The position numbers and the translations under genes were made by a program. A stretch of DNA of 48,978 nt from positions 64,001-112,978 of IMG/VR virus record IMGVR_UViG_2518285548_000002; one strand, 5' to 3'. Shown here piece after piece: positions 20,212 through 28,547 of the stretch. The stretch is from a virus (Duplodnaviria > Heunggongvirae > Uroviricota > Caudoviricetes). Below the pieces are notes generated by a model that did not search any database, was not told the origin of the DNA, and saw only the letters and a program-made list of their open reading frames with translations. The number at the start of each line of letters is the position of its first letter. Position 1 is the stretch's first letter.

Positions 20212-21460
20212 GGAACTTTCATATCTTAATCATTGGCTAATCAGCAAAGACCCTTACCTCATGCGGAAGCATGGGATAGATAGCACCTACTTTATTGCCC
20301 TTCAGGATGTCGTCCAGTGGGTTGAGAACTTCCGTAACGACATGAACGGGCATATGCCAACCATTGAAACAGTGGCAGTAGAGTTTGAGGATTTCAGGGT
20401 TCTGAAAGAACTTGACCCAATAGAGTACTGCGTGAATGTCTTGCGAGAACAGCGGGCGTATATGGACTACCGTCCAGTTCTTGTAGAGAATGCTAACCTG
20501 ACGAACGAGGGCAAGACTCTCGAAGCTATGTGGAAGATGCGTAACGATCTTGATGTAATGCTCAAGAAGTTTACAGGAAACATAGGGCAGTACGAATGGA
20601 CGAAACACGCTGAAGATCGCTACAACAAGTACATGGAGAAGCACGGTCAGACAGGTCTGTCAGGAATAACCACAGGCATTAAAGGATTAGATGATCTTAC
20701 GGGCGGGTGGAAGATGGATGACTTGGTTCTTCTAGCAGGTCGGACGAACGAGGGTAAATCATGGGTGGGCGAGTTCTTTGCTTACGTGGCATGGCTGTCC
20801 TTTGTTAAAGCGAACATTAATGACCCTATCATCTACCTAAGTACAGAGATGCCTGAGCTTGAAGTTGCTTATCGGATGGATACCTTTAGGGCGCACTTCA
20901 GTAACCGCGCATTGAATGAGGGGCGACTAATGGATGCTGAGCTGTACCGTGAGTACACCCAGGAGCTTATGAAGAAAGACCAACGCATGGTCATCCTCTC
21001 ACAAGACTCTAACCGCGGTAAGCCTTTTACTCCAATGGACATACGAGCGATTATCGAATCCGAGCGACCAGGGCTGATCGTGCTTGACCAGTTGTATGAC
21101 CTTTCGGACGGGACGGGGGAGAGAGATATTCGCCGTCGCATTATCAACGTGACCAACGGCATCCGTGAAGTGAACCTCAGTACGAAGACACCTACAATCA
21201 TGTTGGCGCAAGCAGGTCGTGATTCAGCGAAAGATCAGAAGAAAAACCCGAATGCCGCGCCCGAGCTTCACCAAATTCAGGAGTCGGACAATCCTGCACA
21301 GAAAGCTACGAAGGTTGTCACCCTTCGTAAGATTGACGATATCTTCAAGCTCTCGTTAAAGAAAAACCGTGGTGGTAAAAAGGATGAGGATGTCTTCATG
21401 CGTACCGACCTTGACACTGGTATATGGGAAGAAACTACAAAAGAAGAAATGGTGTTTTAG
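20204..21460 (+). CDS. dnaB: Replicative DNA helicase (DnaB family)
   Basis: TTGIKGLDDLTGG, Walker A AGRTNEGKS, YLSTEM, LIVLDQL, MLAQAGR, KKNRGG. Confidence 0.92.
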   Translation: MLEELSYLNHWLISKDPYLMRKHGIDSTYFIALQDVVQWVENFRNDMNGHMPTIETVAVEFEDFRVLKELDPIEYCVNVLREQRAYMDYRPVLVENANLTNEGKTLEAMWKMRNDLDVMLKKFTGNIGQYEWTKHAEDRYNKYMEKHGQTGLSGITTGIKGLDDLTGGWKMDDLVLLAGRTNEGKSWVGEFFAYVAWLSFVKANINDPIIYLSTEMPELEVAYRMDTFRAHFSNRALNEGRLMDAELYREYTQELMKKDQRMVILSQDSNRGKPFTPMDIRAIIESERPGLIVLDQLYDLSDGTGERDIRRRIINVTNGIREVNLSTKTPTIMLAQAGRDSAKDQKKNPNAAPELHQIQESDNPAQKATKVVTLRKIDDIFKLSLKKNRGGKKDEDVFMRTDLDTGIWEETTKEEMVF

Positions 21461-21463
21461 CTC

Positions 21464-21507
21464 TTAACTCTTGGCTCCCCTCCTCGTATAGAGGAATTAG
21501 GGAGCCA
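21464..21507 (+). promoter_or_regulatory. Phage promoter motif copy 4 (TTAA 21464, CGTATAG 21485-21491); the -10 lies in a terminator-like hairpin
   Basis: TTAAC-N16-CGTATAGAG, within TGGCTCCC...TCCTC-gtata-GAGGA...GGGAGCCA plus a T-run. Confidence 0.8.
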
Positions 21508-21532
21508 TTTTATTTTAAGGAGGTACTACCTG

Positions 21533-21856
21533 ATGAATGTACAACTCACGGCTCATTTCTACTTTAAGGGGAATGGCAAGAAGAAGACCGTCACCTGGGT
21601 TGAGAGCAATCCAATAATTCAGCAAAAGGAAAAAGAAACTGGAAAGGTCATCCGTGAAATCCCTCTAAATGCTGATGAAGTTAAGCAAGAGTACCGAAGG
21701 CTTTTCACTAAACACAAGAACGAGGGTAAGGCGATTACGTTGGAAGATACAGACGATGTAGCCCATATTATTGATCTCACAGAAGTTCGAGACATCGAGC
21801 TTACTGCACAAGAGGAGGATGAAGATGCTGTACAGACTGACATTCGCCCTGAGTAG
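21533..21856 (+). CDS. Hypothetical protein
   Basis: RBS AAGGAGGT; 107 aa. Confidence 0.75.
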   Translation: MNVQLTAHFYFKGNGKKKTVTWVESNPIIQQKEKETGKVIREIPLNADEVKQEYRRLFTKHKNEGKAITLEDTDDVAHIIDLTEVRDIELTAQEEDEDAVQTDIRPE

Positions 21857-22022
21857 GGACGAGATTATTACCACTGAGTTCCGAAGCTTTGCATCTGACA
21901 TTGTAGGAGCTACTGAAGAAGCGTTTTCCTTCATTGAAGAAAACCATGGCGCAATCACAACAGTTAGTCTCGTAGCCTTCAGTTTGCTCAAGATCGAGGA
22001 ATCCGATGGAAAACAAAATTAA
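21825..22022 (+). CDS. Hypothetical protein
   Basis: RBS GAGGAGG 6 nt before the ATG at 21825; 65 aa. Confidence 0.6.
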   Translation: MLYRLTFALSRDEIITTEFRSFASDIVGATEEAFSFIEENHGAITTVSLVAFSLLKIEESDGKQN

Positions 22023-22263
22023 CGTAGCCTGTAACGGTTGCGATTACTTCAATAATTGCCGCAAGGCACTGGTGATCGGTGGGGATAAAATCCCTGCCAA
22101 ACACCAAGATCGAGTGCCTATGAGATGCCAGAACGTGGTTCAGCAAATCTGCCGCGATTGCAAATGGTACCTCGAAAACAAGTGCGCATCGTGGTTTGAG
22201 CTGAACGGCAAGAAATCCCGTCATCTACTTAAAGTATGCCCGAAGAAAGTAACCAAACTCTAG
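22006..22263 (+). CDS. Cys-rich hypothetical protein (possible metal-binding)
   Basis: CNGCDYFNNC, C...CRDCKWYLENKC, C. Confidence 0.65.
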   Translation: MENKINVACNGCDYFNNCRKALVIGGDKIPAKHQDRVPMRCQNVVQQICRDCKWYLENKCASWFELNGKKSRHLLKVCPKKVTKL

Positions 22264-22275
22264 GAGGTAATTTTA

Positions 22276-23364
22276 ATGCGTGATTATCCATTGGACAAGC
22301 ATGTACTGCCTATGGGAGGTACTTCTGTAAAGGATGGTTCAAAACTTGAAGCCTTCCTCAGTGACCTTAACTACATTGCTGAGGAGAAATGGGACGGTTC
22401 TCGTTATCTCTCAATCTTCGGCAGATTCTTCTCACGCCGTATCAGTGATGTTGACGGTATCCCTGTCGAGAAGACTGATCGGATTCCACACCTAGCCGAA
22501 CACCTTTCAATCTTCCCTGGAATCATTCTTGATGGAGAACTGTACATTCCAGGCAAAACATCAAATGAGGTTACTTCAATACTTGGGGCAAAGGCAGATA
22601 AGGCTATCGAGCGTCAGGAAGAACAAGGAAATCTTCTGTACATGGTCTACGACATCCTGATGCTTGAAGGTGAATGGTTGATCGACAAGCCATGGCACGA
22701 ACGCCGAGCTGTTCTTGAGCGAGTATTCCCAATGGTAGCTAACGATTACATGAAGCTCTCGCAGTATGTTCGTACTGACAAGAAAGAGTTCCTTGAGAGT
22801 ATCTTGGCTCGTGGCGGCGAGGGCGTGATGCTGAAGAATGTGAATGGCAAGTACGTTCCAGGCAAGAAACCTGCGAAGAACTGGATAAAGGTTAAGACAG
22901 AGATTGATGATGATGTGGTCATCATAGGCTTCAAGGATGCAGTCCGAGAGTATACAGGCAAAGAAATCGAAACATGGTCTTACTGGCTTAACCCAAGCGG
23001 CGAGAAAGAGCTTGTTCTTAATACCTATGAGGTACTGGACGTTAAACTGTTGGAGGACGGTGAACAGGTGTACATGCCTATTGAGGGATGGGTTCCTGTT
23101 ACCAAGTTCTTCTTCAATGACTGGGTTGGGGCGGTGAAGTTCGGGAAGTTCGGGAAGTTCAATGAGCACGGGAATCTGATTGAGTTAGGCGAGTGCTCTG
23201 GCATTACAGAGGAGCTTCGTAAGGACATGTCAGAAAATCCTGACAAATATATCGGAGAAGTTATGGAGATCAAAGCCATGCAGAAGACAAAGGATGGATT
23301 TTACCGTCACCCACAGTTCTCACGTATGCGTGACGACAAGAACGCATCGGAGTGTGTTCTATGA
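22276..23364 (+). CDS. ATP-dependent DNA ligase
   Basis: EEKWDGSR (KxDG), ILDGEL, VYDIL, EGVMLK, YVPGKK...WIKVK, and a C-terminal OB fold ending RHPQFSRMRDDK. Confidence 0.93.
   Translation: MRDYPLDKHVLPMGGTSVKDGSKLEAFLSDLNYIAEEKWDGSRYLSIFGRFFSRRISDVDGIPVEKTDRIPHLAEHLSIFPGIILDGELYIPGKTSNEVTSILGAKADKAIERQEEQGNLLYMVYDILMLEGEWLIDKPWHERRAVLERVFPMVANDYMKLSQYVRTDKKEFLESILARGGEGVMLKNVNGKYVPGKKPAKNWIKVKTEIDDDVVIIGFKDAVREYTGKEIETWSYWLNPSGEKELVLNTYEVLDVKLLEDGEQVYMPIEGWVPVTKFFFNDWVGAVKFGKFGKFNEHGNLIELGECSGITEELRKDMSENPDKYIGEVMEIKAMQKTKDGFYRHPQFSRMRDDKNASECVL
23136..23160 (+). repeat. In-frame 9-nt tandem repeat (GAAGTTCGG x2.8; KFGKFGKF)
   Basis: Read directly from the sequence. Confidence 0.85.
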
Positions 23365-23540
23365 ATTGCCCAAGATGTGAGCATGAACTGATTTGGGGTG
23401 GCGACTTCTCTTTTGAAGACTACGGGAGGGAAGGGGATGGAATTGTCTCTAACCTCTCTTGCCCTTGTGGTGTGTACGTTGAGGTTTCTATTCCAAATGA
23501 ACGAGAGGATGAAGAAAATGCAAACAGTAATCTACGGTAA
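23361..23540 (+). CDS. Small zinc-ribbon-like protein
   Basis: MNCPRC...LSCPCG; ATGA overlap with the ligase stop. Confidence 0.7.
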   Translation: MNCPRCEHELIWGGDFSFEDYGREGDGIVSNLSCPCGVYVEVSIPNEREDEENANSNLR

Positions 23541-24720
23541 TCATGATGAGAAAACAATTGGACAGTTCAACACTTGTTTGAGTACAGGTAATGTGGTCGG
23601 CGGTGTTCTATGTGCAGACGGTCACTTCGGATATAGCCAACCAGTCGGCGGTGTGATCGTGTATGACGGTCAAATCTCTCCTTCAGGAGTTGGGTACGAT
23701 ATTGGTTGCGGCAATAAGGCAGTACGCACGAACCTTCAAATCGAGGACGTTCAGGACAAGCTACCTTCCATCATGGACGAGGTTGCTCGTAGAATATCCT
23801 TCGGTGTCGGTCGGACTAATAGTGAGCGTGTCGATCATGAGCTGTTTGATGATGCTGACTGGGCTGTGTTCGCTGAACTGGGTGTTCTTGAGAAGATGAA
23901 GTCTTTAGCCCAGAACCAACTGGGAACGGTAGGCTCTGGAAATCACTTCGTAGACATCTTCGTTGAACCTGCCACAGGAGCTATCTGGATTGCGAACCAC
24001 TTTGGTAGCCGTGGGTTTGGTCACAAGACAGCTAGTGGGTTCCTGAACATTGGCGCGGGGCGTGAGTTCTTAGGTAAGACTCCTGGGGAAAAAATGGAAC
24101 AACCACCAACACTATTTGACCTTGATACTGAGATCGGGGATATGTACTACCGTGCAATGAAGTTGGCAGGTCGGTACGCTTATGCAGGTCGTGACTATGT
24201 GATTGACCAAGTGCTCTCCATCCTGGGAGCCAAAGCAACTTTCTCAGTGCATAATCACCATAACTATGCTTGGAAGGAAAACCACTTCGGTAAGGATGTG
24301 ATCGTGGTTCGTAAAGGAGCAACACCTTTGGCTCCTGGTCAAACAGGCTTCATTGGTGGCTCAATGGGTGACATCTCTGTGATCGTCCAAGGGCGTAACA
24401 CCGAGGAAAGCGAGAACGCATTCTACAGCACTGTCCATGGTGCGGGTCGCGTAATGAGTCGTACACAAGCGGCAGGGAAAATGAACTACCACACTAGGAC
24501 TCGTTCGGGTGGTGCAATCTCTCAGGAGATGATGGGTGACGCTATCAAGAAGTACGGCGTTGAGTTGCGTGGGGCGGGAACCGATGAAAGTCCGTTCGTG
24601 TACCGCAAGCTCCAAGAAGTACTGGACGCTCACGTGGGAACACTTGACATCCTGAATGTGCTCAGACCTATCGGCGTGTGCATGGCGGGAGCTAACGAGT
24701 TCGACCCTTACAAAGACTAG
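23518..24720 (+). CDS. rtcB: RtcB family RNA 2',3'-cyclic phosphate/5'-OH ligase
   Basis: ADGHFG, GYDIGCG, GTVGSGNHF, HFGSRG, HNHHN, RKGAT, GGSMG, HGAGR, DESPFVYR motifs all present. Start at ATG 23518 by RBS spacing. Confidence 0.93.
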   Translation: MQTVIYGNHDEKTIGQFNTCLSTGNVVGGVLCADGHFGYSQPVGGVIVYDGQISPSGVGYDIGCGNKAVRTNLQIEDVQDKLPSIMDEVARRISFGVGRTNSERVDHELFDDADWAVFAELGVLEKMKSLAQNQLGTVGSGNHFVDIFVEPATGAIWIANHFGSRGFGHKTASGFLNIGAGREFLGKTPGEKMEQPPTLFDLDTEIGDMYYRAMKLAGRYAYAGRDYVIDQVLSILGAKATFSVHNHHNYAWKENHFGKDVIVVRKGATPLAPGQTGFIGGSMGDISVIVQGRNTEESENAFYSTVHGAGRVMSRTQAAGKMNYHTRTRSGGAISQEMMGDAIKKYGVELRGAGTDESPFVYRKLQEVLDAHVGTLDILNVLRPIGVCMAGANEFDPYKD

Positions 24721-24734
24721 GGAGGAAGACATCA

Positions 24735-25613
24735 ATGGCAGTAAGGCTTGAATATAACGGGAAGAAGTATAAGAACGTGATCGAATTAACTCGTGAAATC
24801 CCACTAATGACTTCGGTCATGGTGGGGTGGTATGACGGGGCAGAAGTGCTCGTAGCAAACGCGGGGGCACTGTGTTACGACACGGTACAGGTAGCGCACG
24901 ATGATGAGACCTTGATACCTAATAAGATTGGACAGAGGATTTCATTACACTGCCGAGATAGTCACCACAACACAGTGATTGAGCATGGCTCGGCTACATT
25001 CGTGAAGAAGGTTCCAATCTTCGTTGCACGGCAGGACTTGAGGGCACGACTCGCATCATTCGATGAGCGTTCCCTGCGATACTGTCGGGCGGCAGACGGT
25101 GGATTGACCTACTATGTACCCAACTATCTGGAAATGTCCTATATATCAAGGGTAATGGATAAAGACCCTGAACGGGCGGGGTTCTTACTCGGTATGCGTC
25201 AAGAGTGGATTGACGATCACGAACGGGCAATATATCGGTACTCGAAGTATACTGACGAGGAGCTGAACGACTTTTGGGATAGCCTTGACCTAAACCCTGA
25301 GCGTATTCGTGAGACCATGAGAGCGCGGCTCCCTGTGGGAATTAATACTGTGTATATGGACACCCGAAACCTGTGGTCGTGGATTCACCACGCAGAGAAG
25401 CGGTTGTGCTTGAGGGCACAGGATGAGATTCGGCGCATCCGAAGACAGGAGACCCACCAACTGAAGAAAGTTTTCCCTACGATCTTTGGTGATGTGAATA
25501 TGCCTTGTTACATGGCGAGTGGTTGCCCTGAAAAAAAGAAATGCGGGTTGATTGAGTTAGATGAGAGTGGGAAGTGGGCATTACCATTCTACAAAAAGAG
25601 TATAAGCACTTAG
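24735..25613 (+). CDS. thyX: Flavin-dependent thymidylate synthase (ThyX/Thy1 family), variant signature
   Basis: HNTVIEH, VARQDLRARLASFDERSLRY (RHR read as RAR), ARLPVG, RAQDEIR, and a C-terminal Cys cluster. Confidence 0.85.
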   Translation: MAVRLEYNGKKYKNVIELTREIPLMTSVMVGWYDGAEVLVANAGALCYDTVQVAHDDETLIPNKIGQRISLHCRDSHHNTVIEHGSATFVKKVPIFVARQDLRARLASFDERSLRYCRAADGGLTYYVPNYLEMSYISRVMDKDPERAGFLLGMRQEWIDDHERAIYRYSKYTDEELNDFWDSLDLNPERIRETMRARLPVGINTVYMDTRNLWSWIHHAEKRLCLRAQDEIRRIRRQETHQLKKVFPTIFGDVNMPCYMASGCPEKKKCGLIELDESGKWALPFYKKSIST

Positions 25614-25616
25614 GAT

Positions 25617-25650
25617 ATATGTCCCGAGATACATCTTGGGGCATATCTTT
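25617..25650 (+). terminator. Long hairpin after thyX, probable terminator
   Basis: ATATGTCCCGAGAT/ATCTTGGGGCATAT stem with G.U pairs; weak U-tract. Confidence 0.55.
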
Positions 25651-25759
25651 ATACCTAATGAATGGTTGGCTGTTAATGAGAGCTTTTGTTGCTTGTCTAG
25701 CTGTACCAGTTTTAGTTAATATAAATAGACATAGTTGGGTAGACGGGAGTGAAGATGTA

Positions 25760-26152
25760 ATTGATAGCAGGGACTTCGAGAGAACACTCGCTAAAATAGC
25801 ATCAAGACTGAGAAAAGAATTTATCGAGAGGGGTCCAATTGAAACAAGGGTTGCAGTAATGGGTGAATTAATCATCATTAAATACACTGCTAAACATACA
25901 TACCCTGAGTCGTTTATGCTTAAACACATGCAGACGCACCCTAGTCAGGCTTATAACGATTACAAGATAAAACTGGGAGACGCAATGAAGGAGGAATTTA
26001 ACCCTGTTTTTGCTTTTATGCACCTTGGATTACAGATTAGAGAGATTAAGATTGTATATTTTAGTCCTGATTTCTCGGAACAGGTTACTGTAATGAAGAT
26101 GAATATGGATGTAGAAGTGCTACTAAAGAACGAAGAAATTCGTTTATCGTAA
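25760..26152 (+). CDS. DUF2294/MpsC-like protein (start uncertain, possibly ATT)
   Basis: LAKIASRLRKEFIERGPIETRVAVMGELIII...PESFM resembles the DUF2294 R-K...G-(K/R)-G-P pattern. The only good RBS (GGGAGTGA, 25745) points to the in-frame ATT at 25760. Confidence 0.6.
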   Translation: MDSRDFERTLAKIASRLRKEFIERGPIETRVAVMGELIIIKYTAKHTYPESFMLKHMQTHPSQAYNDYKIKLGDAMKEEFNPVFAFMHLGLQIREIKIVYFSPDFSEQVTVMKMNMDVEVLLKNEEIRLS

Positions 26153-26205
26153 GTCGGGTATTACTGGTTAATTCAGCAGGTAGGTACTATTGAACTATTT
26201 TTGTG

Positions 26206-26235
26206 TTGACTCATTACATACCTTTCCCTTATAAT
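26206..26235 (+). promoter_or_regulatory. sigmaA-type promoter
   Basis: TTGACT-N18-TATAAT. Confidence 0.75.
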
Positions 26236-26241
26236 TCTACC

Positions 26242-26403
26242 TGTGGCGATCAGATAGACACTACACCTTGATGAAGCCTTTGGTAATCCTTTATACATAA
26301 AGACCATATTTCGGTAATTGGGAAGAAGACAAGTCAGACCAAGACCGACACATTCCACCTTCCTAGGTAAAACCTAGGGATGTGTTCTGTGTTGGTCTTT
26401 TTT
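26242..26403 (+). ncRNA. Putative ~160-nt small RNA
   Basis: Bounded by a near-consensus sigmaA promoter and a long 3' hairpin with a U-run; no RBS-led ORF inside. Confidence 0.5.
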
Positions 26404-26477
26404 GTATGTTTCTTGTTGCCTTAGTTAAAGTGTTATACCCACATTATTTGATTGAATCAGAAAATAAAAATCTCCCC

Positions 26478-26505
26478 TTAACAATTCTTAACTCGCTTCG
26501 TATAG
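26478..26505 (+). promoter_or_regulatory. Phage promoter motif copy 5 (primase-sigma operon)
   Basis: TTAAC-N16-CGTATAGAG. Confidence 0.8.
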
Positions 26506-26570
26506 AGCAAGTGTAAGGAAGTTTTAACATTTGGCATCGAAATAAATTTTGTGAGGTGGTAAAATATTAC

Positions 26571-26600
26571 TTGCGAACATTAGTTCTCATTTGATATTCT
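26571..26600 (+). promoter_or_regulatory. sigmaA-type promoter overlapped by a LexA/DinR (SOS) box-like site
   Basis: TTGCGA-N18-TATTCT with extended -10 TG; CGAAC-ATTA-GTTC at 26574-26586 matches the Firmicute GAAC-N4-GTTC core. Confidence 0.55.
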
Positions 26601-26691
26601 TGTAAAGTGGAGATTTGTCTTGAAAAATACTCTAAATAAATGCTCTTGCATTTTAGTAACGTTTAACTTTTAATTGTGAGGAGGGCGAATC

Positions 26692-27798
26692 ATGGAAAAC
26701 TCTCTACTGTCCTCTTATCAGCTAGAGATTGAAGAAGTCCTTGATGATCTTAGAGGTTACTGGATTGAGAGAAATATCTCTCGATACAACGTAACAGCTT
26801 TCTCTAAGGTCATAAATAAAGGAGCGAACATTATGTTTTGCTGTCCCTCGCATGACGAGAACAATCCATCATGCGGAATTGAGAGTACTTACCCTTATAG
26901 ATGGAACTGCTTTGGATGTGGGGCAGGTGGAAGTCTTGCAGAACTAGTCAAGATGGCAGTAGGTTTTCCTAACGAACTACTCGGGATGCAGTTTATTATA
27001 AAGAACTACCTCGTGGTTAGCTCAAATGAGCGCAACCCTATTGATATGGAGAGCATACTCGATGGCGGCACCAAGAAAGACAGAACGCGCTCTTTACCTG
27101 AAGAAGAAGTACTTCGCTTTACAAAAAAAAGGCATTCATACATTTATGGTCGTGGTTTCTCGGAGCACACAATCAGCAAGTATGAAGTGGGCTACGATGA
27201 AGAAACCAAGGCTATCACAATCCCAGTGAGGACAAGTAAGGGGTTAGTAAGATTCATCAAGAAGCGTTTTGTTTCACGAAAAGGGTTCCTAAATGAAAAA
27301 GGTATAGATAAGAAGGATATTATTTACGGTCTATACTATATCTTGCAAGCACCTAACCCTATTACTGAAATTTACTTGAATGAGTCTGAAACCGACACTA
27401 TGGCTTGCTACGAAGGACGTTTACCTGCTGGTGCTATTCTCGGACGGGTACTGTTTGTAGATCAAATTAGGGAACTGATGCGGGCGGGGATAAAGACAGT
27501 CAACTTATTCTTCGATAACGATAAAGCGGGAGTCGAGTGTACGATCAAGGCTTACGAGCTGATCTCAAAGCACTCCGCTATTAGGGTGAATGTTGTACTG
27601 TACCCTAACCGCCAATACGGAATTACTGACATCGAGGAGCAGAAGTATAAGGACTCAAACGATCTACTGAAAAGTAACATGCTAGGTACCATTAAGGTAA
27701 TTCCTTACCTCCAATATGAGTCACTGGTAAGAGAAGCAAGGTTCCTAGACATCGAAGAAATCAAAACATCGACTAAAACTAACATTGGGGGAAAATAA
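26692..27798 (+). CDS. dnaG: DNA primase (CHC2 zinc finger plus TOPRIM)
   Basis: CPSHDENNPS...WNCFGCG; ESETD; FFDNDKAG; KDSND. Confidence 0.9.
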   Translation: MENSLLSSYQLEIEEVLDDLRGYWIERNISRYNVTAFSKVINKGANIMFCCPSHDENNPSCGIESTYPYRWNCFGCGAGGSLAELVKMAVGFPNELLGMQFIIKNYLVVSSNERNPIDMESILDGGTKKDRTRSLPEEEVLRFTKKRHSYIYGRGFSEHTISKYEVGYDEETKAITIPVRTSKGLVRFIKKRFVSRKGFLNEKGIDKKDIIYGLYYILQAPNPITEIYLNESETDTMACYEGRLPAGAILGRVLFVDQIRELMRAGIKTVNLFFDNDKAGVECTIKAYELISKHSAIRVNVVLYPNRQYGITDIEEQKYKDSNDLLKSNMLGTIKVIPYLQYESLVREARFLDIEEIKTSTKTNIGGK

Positions 27799-27799
27799 A

Positions 27800-28360
27800 A
27801 TGTCAACTACTACTTTAGGTTTCGATGAACTGTTTGCTATTGGTGATATGGATGCTTTCTTGAGTAAGGCTCAAGACAAGTGCCGCAAAAAACTAAGAGG
27901 TAAGACGTTCGCGGGCATGGAGAAGAATGACGTAACCCAGGAAGTTATGATTAAATTGTACAAGTCCCTTGACAAGTATGATGCCGATAAAGCAAAGATG
28001 TCTACCTTCGTTGACCACTTGATCAACAACAAGATTAAGGACATGTATCGTAAGTGTATGTCTGAGAAAAACTTGAGTGTGGTAAACGCTGTTCAAATTT
28101 TATCTACTGACCTCGATACGGATGATGAAAATGTTAACGGTGCAAGCTTTGTCCTAGGTCACGAAGGGTACGGTTTCGAGAACTTCGAGTTTGTGACTGA
28201 TATTATGGATAATATGAAGCTGAACGACCGTGAAAAGGAAATCTTCAAATTACGTTCTTCGGGATACGAGTTTGTAGAAATTGCTGAAATTCTTGGAGTC
28301 TCAAAACCTCGTGTATCTCAACTATGGAAAGGGATTCGTGAGAAGTACGAAGCACTCTAA
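27800..28360 (+). CDS. Phage RNA polymerase sigma factor, ECF-like (regions 2 and 4 only)
   Basis: 186 aa; NDVTQEVMIKLY...KMSTFVDHLINNKIKDMYR (region 2) and LNDREKEIFKLRSSGYEFVEIAEILGVSKPRVSQL (region 4 HTH); no room for region 3. Confidence 0.82.
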   Translation: MSTTTLGFDELFAIGDMDAFLSKAQDKCRKKLRGKTFAGMEKNDVTQEVMIKLYKSLDKYDADKAKMSTFVDHLINNKIKDMYRKCMSEKNLSVVNAVQILSTDLDTDDENVNGASFVLGHEGYGFENFEFVTDIMDNMKLNDREKEIFKLRSSGYEFVEIAEILGVSKPRVSQLWKGIREKYEAL

Positions 28361-28382
28361 ACAAAGTTATACATACCCCAAA

Positions 28383-28417
28383 AGCCCTGAGAGATCATAC
28401 TCTCAGGGCTATTTTTA
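28383..28417 (+). terminator. Intrinsic terminator after the sigma gene
   Basis: AGCCCTGAGAG-atcata-CTCTCAGGGCT plus ATTTTT. Confidence 0.85.
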
Positions 28418-28461
28418 TGTCTTCAGGTATCTCCTTGTTTGAAAATTATTAGCTCTTGCAC

Positions 28462-28489
28462 TTAATTATCTCCTGAACACCTCGTATAG
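28462..28489 (+). promoter_or_regulatory. Phage promoter motif copy 6
   Basis: TTAA-N17-CGTATAGAG. Confidence 0.8.
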
Positions 28490-28547
28490 AGAAAGTGAGG
28501 GGCAAGAAGCCCACCACTAAAAAACGAAAAGGTTAAGGTGAACAAAC

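Noticed and set aside
26173-26358. 61-aa ORF on the - strand in the ORF track
   Set aside because: The GTG abuts its putative RBS, it runs against a clear + strand promoter-terminator unit, and it has no recognisable motif.
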